Positions 37,873 to 49,998 of a stretch of 51,508 nt of DNA are shown here, piece by piece; position 1 is the stretch's first letter; each line of letters opens with the position of its first letter. Origin of the DNA: Octopus bimaculoides (lineage: Eukaryota); contig NC_068986.1 of assembly GCF_001194135.2 (NCBI RefSeq), positions 84,240,489-84,291,996 on the forward strand, given 5' to 3'. Under the pieces are notes generated by a model. The model had not been told where the DNA came from and did no database searches. It saw only the letters and a program-made list of their open reading frames with translations. The translations under genes were made by a program, and so were the position numbers.

Positions 37873-38170
37873 CTTTGAAGGCAGTTGCTCCCTCGAACCA
37901 AAATAAAATTTGGGATCTGCGGAGGGTCAAAGTTGGTAACAAAAACAGGATAGACTGCATGTATTCCTACCTATCTCCTCTTCTATTCTCTTGTCGAAGA
38001 CAATATTTCTCCAGCGTTCACTACTTTACCTTGTCTGGTCTATCGACCCTCCATGTTTGTTTTCGTTCGGTTTCCTTGTATGTCTCCACTGGTCTGTTTT
38101 TGTTATCAACTTTGACCCTCCGCAAATCCTAAATTTCATTTCAGTTCGCAGAAGCAACTGCCTTTCGAAG

Positions 38171-38234
38171 CCTCATATTGTCGTTCAATGCTCGAAATGA
38201 GGAGTAGATAGACAGCCGACAACTGATGAAGGAT
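38171..38234 (+). ncRNA. Non-circularly permuted hammerhead-like motif, right-arm copy (intact core)
   Basis: CCTCAT-A-TTGTCG-ttcaa-TGCTC-GAA-ATGAGG-14 nt-CGACAA-CTGATGA-A-GGAT: 6 bp stem III, 6 bp stem I, weak stem II, AUA triplet ending at 38177. Confidence 0.6.
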
Positions 38235-38520
38235 CGTTCTTTATGTTACTTGTCTTGTTTTCCATTTGTTTCTCTCGTTGTTCACATACCCAAGTTTGTC
38301 TTCGCATTTCATGTTGTTTACGTTTTCTGACGTCCTGTACCCATATATGCATATCTATATACATATATATGTATGTATGTACATATATGTATGTATATAT
38401 GCATATATATATATATATTTATATATANNNNNNNNNNNNNNNNNNNNNNNNNNNATATATATTATTTATATTATTATTTGATTGAACGCCACGCATCCAT
38501 ATATATATATAAGATAAACT

Positions 38521-38555
<35 letters not shown>

Positions 38556-38761
38556 GTATATATGTTTCTATTTCTATATATAAAATATAAAGACAGGTAT
38601 CAACTCTCCAGTTATTTCACTAACACATACACACACACAACCCCCTACACACACCAGAGACACATCGCTTGCGATCGTGTGCGTCTTGTGCGAGTCATAT
38701 ATCTCTATCAATGAATACATACAGATACATATATATATATGTACATACATACACACACACT

Positions 38762-38815
<54 letters not shown>

Positions 38816-39469
38816 CGTATATACACACATATATACATACATACATGTATATATATATTCTATTTAACATATCTTTGTGTGTGTGTTTGTGTTAGTTATA
38901 CATGCACATTTTAGTATGTATTGATATGTGTGTGTATATACATACACGAGAAAAAGATAAAGTGAGAGAGAAGAGCAAGAAGGAAGAGAGAAAGAAGTGA
39001 GAGAAAGAGTGGAATCGATTAAACAATGACTATAATATCTGTTGACTGTTTTATAAAAGATGTTACAGTATCAGAACTGTTCATTCTGCCGAACATCCCC
39101 GTTCTTTCGTCGTATTTATGTCCATTCTCTCACATTACTACTTACCTGCATCCATGTGAAAAATCTCCAGCAGAGCAACTTGTAAAAGATAGCAGCTCTT
39201 CTTTAATGGTTCGTTAATTATACCGGTTCCTGAGGACTTTTCAATTAGCAAGGCTCTGATTGGTTGTACTTCTTTTCGTTGATAAAACACAAAGAAGATT
39301 TGTGAACCAAATTCTCTTAAATAGAACACAGTCAAAAATAGCTTAATTCAATGCTGTCATACAAAATGCATTTCGACAAAATCGAAGTTGCATTGATCAA
39401 GTTATTAAGTTAAAGTACTTCTGTGAAAACAGACTCAGCGGTGTCATTATTGTAATTATCTTGCTGGCT

Positions 39470-39474
39470 GTCGC

Positions 39475-39505
<31 letters not shown>

Positions 39506-39570
39506 GATGATGATGATGATGATGATGATGATGAGGATGATGATGATGATGATATTGATGATGACAACAA
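39470..39570. repeat. (GTT)n/(GAT)n compound repeat
   Basis: Directly visible. Confidence 0.95.
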
Positions 39571-39899
39571 TGCTTAACAGTCTCTACTAAGTCGACTCTA
39601 ATTGATCAAACTTACGATGAAAAGCCTTCCAATCACGTCTATCACGTATTTTATTCAGCAATAAGTGCACACTGGTCTATATTATTCGATCTTTCCTTTT
39701 TTGACGGGGGTAAGAAGTGAGCTGGAAGTGATTTGGTTGCTATTTCTAGCAAAACGTGAGCCTTTAAAGAGGCTGCTTTGTTAGATCGTTATTAATTGAC
39801 TGATTGCTTTCATTTGAGAGTGACGTTGGGTAAAATTAGCAGAGTGCGAAAGAGACATTTAACTGGCCTAATGAAATATAAAAAAAACACACACAAACA

Positions 39900-40222
39900 T
39901 TGCCGTCACTCCTAAACGATTATGACACAGTAATATGTGTCATAATTTCTCAAAATTGTTCGAGGTGCTTATGTGGTCGCGATCAGACATAAACACCTTC
40001 TTGGATTTCCCAGTTTTGACCCAGCACCCATGAACGTAACTGGTGGCGAGAGAAATGGATTGTACTAGCGCTCGTCTGGTCTTCATTTTTATTTGAGTAG
40101 ACAGCAGCATAGTGAAATGAAGTGCCTCGCTCAACGACTCAACAAATCGCCTGTTGTGGGAATTGAATCCAAAATATTATGGTCGTGGGACCAACACCTT
40201 AACCGCTTAACTACGCACCTTT
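39900..40222 (-). mobile_element. Diverged tRNA-derived SINE related to family A
   Basis: Minus strand head aggtgcgtagttaagcggttaagg..ggattcaattccc followed by a degenerate gtcgttgagcgaggcactt central domain. Confidence 0.7.
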
Positions 40223-40224
40223 CC

Positions 40225-41520
40225 AGGAGTGTCAGAACTTTACAATAGACTTTTGATTGAACTGACGCGGACATCGCACTCGTAACATTGGAGCTGGAAA
40301 GATACAAAAATGATAGAGGTGTTCATTGTGAGAGAAAACTACCAGAATATGGCAGTATCAAGGGGGAAAAAAATGGAAATCAGCAGAGCAGAGACGTGTG
40401 ACTTCTGTAAGTTTCTGTCATTAAAAAACAGCAACATTATGAACACATTAAATGAAGAGCAAATTGCTATTTTGGTTTGGGGGTTTCCATCGGAAAGGAA
40501 TGCTGAATAATCTTGAAATGAAAGAATTCTACAGGGTGTCCACAAAGTCTGGGTACATGGGATTAACACATACTTTAAGAAATTTTTATTTCTTATATTT
40601 AATTGTTATGATTATATTTACTCTATGTACCCAGACTTTGTGGACACCCTGTATAATGCACTACAAATACCTACCTTTATTCAGTGTGTTCAAGAAAGAG
40701 ACTAACTGGTAATAAATGAATGAATTCGTTGCTCATTTTTGAAAGAAGCAGAAAGAAGACTGATAATACTGATAAACACGATGTAAGTACAACACTAATG
40801 CGAATCGCTTCACTTTATGCTCCGAGCATTACATCATCATTAGCAGAAGGTAGAGCAGAAAGTGACCTTCAAGCTTCCTCACTCAAGGCATTGACATCTT
40901 GTTCACGTCATAACTAGGATGTAGGACAGAAATTGTTAGAGAGAAACCACTTTGTTATCTGGGCACGGTAAAAGGCTCAGTGATGTACTAGATCGGAAGA
41001 TGAGTAAAGCCAGCTCGTTATTGGGATGGCTGAAAGGACGAATTGGAGACAAGAAATATATAATTGTAAAGAATACAGAGGAATGTATTGTCAATCGTGA
41101 TGTAGAGATTGGAAATGTAGATAGTTACATTATCAACAGAAAAAATAAAAAAAAAAACACCTGCATGCATCCATGATTATGTAGATTAGGAACATCACCT
41201 CAAAAATCAAAGTGAGGAACATCTTCATCTTAAAGAAGCACAAGTTACGTAATGTGGAAGAGAAATTGGTACAGCGAAATGTCCGCTGGTTTGGGAATGT
41301 CCAATGAATGAGATGAACTTCCAAAGACAAATACTTAACTCTCATTTGTATCATGGCACCAGAAATCAGGATAGATCTCGACTGAGATACACGGACGTGG
41401 TTAACCATGACGTGCAAGGAGTAGACATTGATATCTACCGCTAGAACCACAAAAGCTTAGAACAGAGATCTATGAAGGGAATATCACGACTCTTGCCTGT
41501 ACAAATTGGCAGTCATCGCT
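40225..41520 (+). mobile_element. Internally deleted, decayed RTE-clade LINE
   Basis: VRTL..IALVTLELERYK..KLPEYGSIKG (APE start), IASLYAPSITSS (APE) joined almost directly to AESDLQ (post-YADD RT), then MSKASSLLGWLKGR and QRNVRWFGNV..RLRYTDVV (RT C-terminus). Confidence 0.85.
40532..40651. mobile_element. 120 bp Tc1/mariner MITE with perfect 27 bp TIRs and TA TSD
   Basis: TA|CAGGGTGTCCACAAAGTCTGGGTACAT...ATGTACCCAGACTTTGTGGACACCCTG|TA. Confidence 0.97.
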
Positions 41521-42129
41521 GATATCGACAGGTAATGATGAGGTTAATGATGATGATAAGAACGACAACGACGATGACGAAGGGGAAGAAGAAAAGGCGG
41601 GGCAGGATTTACGGCAAGCATTCAAACCAGTCCTTTTGTCGTTGTTTAGTTTTTTATTTCCCCAATGACACGTGGAGACCTTGTAAAAGAACCCTTCTTC
41701 TTCTTCAGAGTAAGTATAAAAATAATTAACCAAATCAATTCAGTTTAGCCACCAGGCATAGCTAAAATGGTCCTGAGTAATAAATACGAGACACAGTGGA
41801 TGGAAACTGACATGAAAATGTGGTTGATGTTGGGATCTCTGCAATATTGTCATAAAAGAGAGAGAAACATAACTGCATGTCATAAGAAACTGCGGTGAAT
41901 GTCTGGAACAAGCAGACAATTGTAATACAGCTGTTTTACATTTTCTATTGTTGGTTATAATCTTTCGTACTTATATATTTGTATAACGGCATAGCTATTG
42001 ATCTCTGTTATGTCTCTCGTAATCTTACTTTCTTTTTATACATTTATACACATATATACATGTATACTATTGTTTAATTTTATTGAAACGTCAAATCAAA
42101 GACGTATATCACATGTAGATTGGAAACTT

Positions 42130-42183
<54 letters not shown>

Positions 42184-42481
42184 ATACACACACATACACA
42201 CGCATACATTCACACACATACTCACACATACACACACACACTCCAACGCACCTGTGCCCAGACATTCACACGCACATGCGCGTACTCACATGTACTCCCC
42301 ACCATACGCACTTACACTCAAGCGCATGCACATATTCACACACATTAAATGAAACACTCACATACTCTTAAGCACACATATATGAATCATATACATACAT
42401 ACATATATATGTGTGTGTGTGTGTATGTGTGTGTGTGTGTGTGGATGTATGTATTTATGTATATATATGTATGTATATATG

Positions 42482-42512
<31 letters not shown>

Positions 42513-42600
42513 ATATGTATATATGTATGCATATTTGTATAGATGTATAAATATATGTGTGTGTGTATGTATGTATGTATGTGCATTATGTATAGACGCA
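42130..42600. repeat. Long degenerate (CA)n followed by (TG)/(TA)/(TATG)n
   Basis: Directly visible. Confidence 0.95.
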
Positions 42601-43380
42601 CGTGTACACACAGAGACTCACACACGTTCTATACATAAAGAAAAAAAAACAATCGATTCCGCTAGAGAATGACATAACATGTCTGATACAATGTAATATT
42701 TCATTCTTTCCTGTTTCCATAAATTACAATACGTTCAAAGAGAATTTGTTTCTTGTTTTACTGGTGTCAGTGATCAGACGGCCATACTGGGGCACCAACT
42801 TTGAATACTTTAGTCGATCGTATCGAATGTAGTTCTTTCGGTCTACCTACTGTTTTGTCGATGTTTATCGGAGAAAAATTACCTTTTGTCGTAAGGTGAC
42901 GCAACTAGAGATAATATTAGAGATCGTATGAGCAAAGGCGGCCATACAATAGGCAAGTATGTGTGTGTGTGTGTNNNNNNNNNNNNNNNNNNNNNNNNNN
43001 NNNNNNNNNNNNNNNNNNNNNNNNNNNNNNNNNNNNNNNNNNNNNNNNNNNNNNNNNNNNNNNNNNNNNNNNNNNNNNNNNNNNNNNNNNNNNNNNNNNN
43101 NNNNNNNNNNNNNNNNNNNNNNNNNNNNNNNNNNNNNNNNNNNNNNNNNNNNNNNNNNNNNNNNNNNNNNNNNNNNNNNNNNNNNNNNNNNNNNNNNNNN
43201 NNNNNNNNNNNNNNNNNNNNNNNNNNNNNNNNNNNNNNNNNNNNNNNNNNNNNNNNNNNNNNNNNNNNNNNNNNNNNNNNNNNNNNNNNNNNNNNNNNNN
43301 NNNNNNNNNNNNNNNNNNNNNNNNNNNNNNNNNNNNNNNNNNNNNNNNNNNNNNNNNNNNATATATATTGGGCAAATTTC

Positions 43381-43466
43381 TACTATAACCTCGAACCGAC
43401 CAAAGCCTTGTGAGTGGATTTGGTAGACAGAAACTGAAAGAAGCCCATCGTGTATCTATGTGTGTA

Positions 43467-43503
<37 letters not shown>

Positions 43504-43722
43504 CTATGTGTGCGCTTCTTTGTGTCTGTGTTTGTCCCCAAACATCGCTTGACAACAGGTGTTTGTGTTTATGGTTCCGTAGCTTAACGTTTCGGCAAAA
43601 GTAATCGATAGAATACGTACTAGGCTTAAAAAATAAATTCTGGATTCGATTTATTCGACTAAAAGCCCTTGAATGCGGTTCCCCAGCATGGCCGGAGTCA
43701 CACGACTGAAACAAATAAAAGA
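43381..43722 (+). mobile_element. SINE family D (5' end lost in gap) with internal (TG)n
   Basis: Matches 21180-21499. Confidence 0.88.
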
Positions 43723-45870
43723 TACAAACATACACTCTCACACAGACGCACACGCGCGCGCACACGCACACACGAGCACACACGCACACACTGATATATG
43801 CAAGTATATGCATATTTGTGTATATATGTATGTATAAGCAAAGTATGGCCGAATAGTTAATAAATCCGCTTCGTAACCACAAGATTTCAGATTAGATCAC
43901 AGTGTATGCTATTTCAGGAAAATGTAGTTTCCCATAGAAGATCGTAAATGGATAGTAATTGTTAGGGAAAAAGGACAGGTTTGTCACATACTGTGTCACG
44001 ATGGTTCTGTTTGAGAATTACTTTACTAGTATATTTGTCCTGTGGCCACATGAAGGCCTCTTGGTTGATTCGTTCCTCAGCACACATACGCATATACATA
44101 CGAATACACATTCGTAAGTACATACATACTCACAAACTCAGTAAGCTTGTCTTGCTCGGCCACTTACAAGTTAATTCAAGAGCAGATAAGTCAGTTGATC
44201 AAACAACTGAATCCTTATCGTCGAACGACGGAGACAGCCATAACGTGTATATGTGTGGGCGTGTGTATGTGAATGTGTGTGAAAGAGAGTGTGCGTGTGT
44301 ATGTGTGTGTTTGTGCATATGTGTGTACTCGCGTGCGTAGAAATGTATGGTAAATGTAGGAGAGTCTGTCTTTTAAGAAATACAAATTTTGCTTCGTTGG
44401 AATAAAAATGCATAAGTTTACCTTTTATTTCGGGTTGTAATTAAATCATGTTGCACAGGGAGGCTAAAGTACATACTTAAAAGTAAACTTATAAGTATGT
44501 GTTTATGGCAAACAAGCATTTTTTACTCTCTGTGAAAAACTAGAGCCTTTGGTTGAAGTAGAATCATTTCTCTCCGTGAACAGAAAAATTGATCTACCTG
44601 AACATCTTCGACAAGTTAACAACTATATCTACTTTTTTTTTATTGAGATGTTAAATCTGTATTTACTAAAACCACACGCTCGTAAGTTTACCTTATATTT
44701 TTTACTTATCTCAATGCTATGGGCTATTTAAAAAAAATTAATTGACTCAGCCAACGCTGACACTATCATGCAAATTAGGCAAACCTATTTCACTCTATTC
44801 GAGCGACTGTATGTTATAGATAGCAACAGCCTAAAATTCTTTCCTTGTGCTCAGAAATCATTAATTAAACTTTAATATAGTTGTATAGAAATGGAAATTT
44901 ATCAGACTGATTTCGTTTTGTGTCAAAAAGAGAAAAGGATCTAGTTTAACTATGATGAACAGTCAACGACGGAAAGTTTAGTATGAGTGCTATTTCCATT
45001 ATGCAATTAGTCTTTGAATTGCATCTAAACACACTTACTTGAAAATGTAAGCATAATTTCGAAGTTCTATTGCGAGGTTGACCAACAATAGAATCTTTAC
45101 AAATAGTCTGTTTCGCAGTAAACCATCATCGAAGGATAAATATTTTAATGCGTTTGGAATGTTAATCTAAATTGTTTATAGTCTACTAATAATTGCTATT
45201 GCAATAATTAGTTAATTATTGCTAATTCGGGCTACTAGTAACCTTCGTTTAAATTTTATTGCTTTAATTGCTTTGAAATATCGACATAGTAAGGAGGAAG
45301 GAATATGTCTTATTACATATCTTAACACCACTGCACCAATCAAATCAACCCTGCGTTGCGTCAGTGTGTGTCTGTGTGTGTGTGTGTGTCTGTGTGTGTG
45401 TGTGTGTATGCATGTGTGTGTGTATGTGTGTGTGCTTGTATGTATAGGACAGCGAACCACCCAAGGAGCTATCGTGTGCTCACAAGAACTGCTAGAAATA
45501 TCAGTCAAATTTCTCTCAACTACGCTTTACGATTTTGGAAAAGGCAGTGATAGTGTCAAAACCACATAGGTTAGTCACAGATAAAGCGTCTTGGGTCACA
45601 AGTCTATATGACAAGAACAGATATGCCATTAAAGGAAAACAACTGCTGCAGCAACAACAACAATTCCAATGTTTGATTCGTATATATATTTATCGACTGA
45701 GAAAGAATGAAGAAAAGAAAACCGACGTCCCTCCAGGGTAGGATATTGTACACTTCGTCGTTTATATATCATGGAAATTGCAACAAACTCTGGCCTAATA
45801 AGCTTTAGGCTCGTGAAAGACTTCAGATATATCTATTGAAAGAAAACACCTGTGTATATAACTAGCCATG

Positions 45871-45901
<31 letters not shown>

Positions 45902-46598
45902 GTATGTATGTGTGTATGTATGTATGTATTATATGTATGCATGTATATAAATACATACATACCGTCACGCCTGTATATTTGTCGTCTATTTGAACGCATA
46001 GCACTGAGAAACTCAGGTTAGCAACAGAATGAGCCACCAGCTTCGAATGAACGTGCGCGCACACACACACACACACATACACTTACAAACCTATATACAT
46101 ATATACATATGTGTGTGTGTGTGTGTGTGTGTGCGTGCGTGTGTTATAGGTGTGTGCGTTCCTCCTATTATATTACATATCTTCAGTGTACTCAGTTTTG
46201 TTTATTTAGCTACAGTTCGTTCAATAACTGCTAAATTTATGTGTTCTAGTTGACATTAAAACATAAATGGTATATTTCTGACTAGTAGCAAGAACCTAAC
46301 GTTGTTTAGCTACATACATAAATAACTGAAGTTACACCAGAGATTTTAAAAAAATGTAGAATCTTTCCATCTCATATTCTGATTTCCTTTATGATTACAG
46401 GAAGATTTGTGTAACGTCTGGGGTTTAGATTAAGATGAAACTGCGCAGTGAAAAACAAAAACAAAGAAACATACCACAGCTGTTTTAGACATACTAGTAT
46501 AATTAAGAGGCAAATATGAAAATATGGAATTTATACGTTGTTGGTATTGAAATAATCGAATAATATATATCTATACATAAAGCATAAAATAACTATTT

Positions 46599-46745
46599 GT
46601 GGTTGTGTAGTAAGAAGTTTACTTCACAACCATATGATTCCGAGTTCAGTCCCACTGCGTGACACTTTGGGTAAGCGGCCGACCAAAGCCTTGTGAGTGG
46701 ATTTGGTAGACGGAAATTGAAAGAAGCCGTCGTATATATATGCAA

Positions 46746-46789
<44 letters not shown>

Positions 46790-46868
46790 NNNNNNNNNNC
46801 ATGTACATATATATGTATGTATGTATGTATGAATATCATCGTCACCATCATCTGGTTGAGCTTGCTCG

Positions 46869-46899
<31 letters not shown>

Positions 46900-46955
46900 G
46901 TTCAAGGCGGTGCCCCAGTATGGCCGCGGTCTAATGATTGAAACTTGTAGAAAGT
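46599..46955 (+). mobile_element. SINE family D with internal deletions and expanded (TG)/(TA) arrays
   Basis: Head, ccgaccaaagccttgtgagtgg segment and aaggcggtgccccagtatggcc tail match the family. Confidence 0.82.
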
Positions 46956-48311
46956 AAACGAAGAAGAAAAACTATATATGATATTTAGATGTATATAATC
47001 AAATATACTGTAATACATAATTTAGGGTTATATTATTAAATATTTATCTTCTTAGTGATTCGTTCACCTCTACCTTGGCAAATACGATGAAAGTTGATGA
47101 ATTCACAATAATAGCGAAATATATTTGGGCCTATCTTCTGCTCTTGCGAAAATGTAAATAATATTATTCATTTACTAATATTACTTTTTCTTTGTCACAT
47201 ATTTATTTCAAGCACATCTACAATCAATGGCATTCTAGCGAAGTCCAGCCAACAAATTTGTATACCTAGGGCTATATTGCCCAAAGTATTTTCTGATTTT
47301 AGGATGGTAGGTTGTGATTTCAAGGCTATTTCACTGGCATTTATAGTGGGTTAAGAAAACAATAACACCATAATTAGTTTGTTTCAATATGGATTGAACA
47401 CGGAAATGATGGAGGACCACGTTCAAAATTATTCGCGGTATCTCCACCCAACCTTGTATTTTCAGAAACCTAGATAATACTATCTAAATTGCTTTTGGTT
47501 TTTTTCTTTTAAGAAAATAGAATCCGCTTGAAAAAAGATCGGCTTCTGTTGCGAGGAGGTCGAGCCACGGCGTAAAAATTCTTCCGTTGTTTATTTTCAA
47601 AATATTTTATAATGTCTGGTATCAAGTTGTGCTTCGAAGAGAAGTTTCAGCTTTGGGATTTGAACCTATGAATTATTGAAAAGAACTCTTACATGCTGAT
47701 ATATATATATATAGTGGTTTCTTCATTTTTAACATTGGTTCTGTTGTTTCTGTACATTAACCAACAGCGATAATATATAAAAGTAGGCTATCAAAGATTA
47801 TTTTCTAACCACTTAATATTCCAGAAAATCGCGTAAGATAAAAGTTTTAGATAAAGAGTAGCAATAAGGCTCATCAAATACTCGATTTATGTCCATATAT
47901 GAGTGTGTGTATGTGTGTGTGTGTCCTTATACATATATATATGTACACATANNNNNNNNNNNNNNNNNNNNNNNNNNNNNNNNNNNNNNNNNNNNNNNNN
48001 NNNNNNNNNNNNNNNNNNNNNNNNNNNNNNNNNNNNNNNNNNNNNNNNNNNNNNNNNNNNNNNNNNNNNNNNNNNNNNNNNNNNNNNNNNNNNNNNNNNN
48101 NNNNNNNNNNNNNNNNNNNNNNNNNNNNNNNNNNNNNNNNNNNNNNNNNNNNNNNNNNNNNNNNNNNNNNNNNNNNNNNNNNNNNNNNNNNNNNNNNNNN
48201 NNNNNNNNNNNNNNNNNNNNNNNNNNNNNNNNNNNNNNTATATATATATATATATATATTTACATATATATATACATACATATATACATGTAAATATATA
48301 TTTAGTATATT

Positions 48312-48448
48312 CTAGTACTTATTTTATTGACCCAAAAGGATGAATGGTAAAGTCAACGTCGGCAGAATTTGAACACAGAACGTAAAGAACGACATACCGC
48401 TATGCGTTTTGTCTAGCGTGCTAACGATTGTGCCAGCTCGTTGCCTTT
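48312..48448 (-). mobile_element. SINE family C, 5' part
   Basis: Matches 49260-49401. Confidence 0.8.
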
Positions 48449-48895
48449 CACACACACACGCTCACACACACACACATTTATTATACTATATTTTATTATA
48501 TATGTATATACAAATGGCATTTAAAATTTACGACAGCTGTTTCAGTAGAATTTTATTGATGCATTCATAGAAGATTACATTATAATATAGGATCCACCAT
48601 CATCAAATAAAATTTTGAATGCATTCATAAAATGTCACAGAAACACCTGTCGTAAATTGGAAAGGCCATATGTGCTTATTTCTAATACTTATGCCACACC
48701 AAGGATGAACCCCAGAGTCGGATCTACAGTTTAAATTGGTTTTGGCATTTGCATATCTACGGTATCTTACCAACACTTGATGCTCTCAATGTTATTTATC
48801 TCACTGTGAGCTATATGTTATCATACCTAGCCATCGCTGGCGTCCTGCCTGTTGACGTGCCCTTGATTCTAATTAATCCATATGACCAAATCGTG

Positions 48896-48961
<66 letters not shown>

Positions 48962-49167
48962 ATGAAAATTGAGTTGTATGGGTTTTCCAATTTTACTAAT
49001 CACTCACGAGTTGGGCAAGTTGATAAGCGAATCTGAGCTCCCTGTCAACTAGATCTTCAAAAGAATTTTCGGTCTACCCTCAGTATAGTCACTTCATCAG
49101 GAAATTCATCTGATGATATCCTTAAAAGTGGTCCATAAGTAAACGCAATTTTAAAAATATACATACT

Positions 49168-49401
49168 TATTTCTTTATTGCCCTCAAGGGGCTAAACATG
49201 GAAGGGACAAACAAGGACAGACAGAGGGATTAAGTCAATTATATCGACTCCAGTGCGTAACTGGTACTTAATTTATCGACTCCCGAAAGGATGAAAGGCA
49301 AAGCCGACCTCGGCGGAATTTGAACTCAGAAAGTAACGGCAGACGAAATACCGCTAAACATTTCGCCCGGTGTGCTAACGTTTCTGCCAACTCGCCGCCT
49401 T
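49168..49401 (-). mobile_element. Full-length SINE family C
   Basis: Reverse complement closely similar to 17083-17319. Confidence 0.92.
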
Positions 49402-49807
49402 ATATAAATATACATACATGTATGTGGTGGTGCTTTGCGCACGAAAATTTCGAATCGTTTTCGTGATTCCTTTATGAGCCTCAACATCAGAAAGGAAGTT
49501 TAACATTCATTAGCCGGTCAGAAAGCAATCACTAAGAAGCTATTGATTACAAATCAATATGCGAATATGTAGTGGTGCTCTTCAATTTATCCGCAAATTT
49601 ATTTCACGACTAGAACTATATTCATACTCAAAATTGTCACTATTACTACAAGTTTCTCGCTTCCGGCCTTCCGAGGATCCTGTCGGAAACATGATACTCG
49701 GAGAAACAGCTTTGAAGCTCTCTGCTGCCAAAGAAGGAACTAAATATACCAGATTTCCGTAAGGCATACTCCCTTTTCTCCTTTTTGTTCACACTAAAGT
49801 TTTGCGA

Positions 49808-49849
49808 GTGTATGTGTGCATATGTGTGTGTGTGTAATATATATATATA

Positions 49850-49925
<76 letters not shown>

Positions 49926-49998
49926 TGTGTGTGTGTGTGTCTGTGTGTGTGTGTGTCTGTGTGTGCGTGTGTGTGTAGTGTAATATATATATATATAA
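49808..49998. repeat. (TG)n/(TCTG)n/(TA)n compound microsatellite
   Basis: Directly visible. Confidence 0.97.

Larger units (their letters stand above)
37701..38342. mobile_element. Fold-back element with ~248 bp inverted arms, embedded in TA-rich microsatellite
   Basis: Arms 37701-37948 and 38094-38342 are reverse complements (about 85% by eye); termini GGGTACAGGACG..CGTCCTGTACCC; 145 bp spacer. Confidence 0.92.

Noticed and set aside
49050-49120. CTGATGA on both strands with a downstream GAAA
   Set aside because: A short tcatcag/ctgatga palindrome; stems II and III cannot be formed in register
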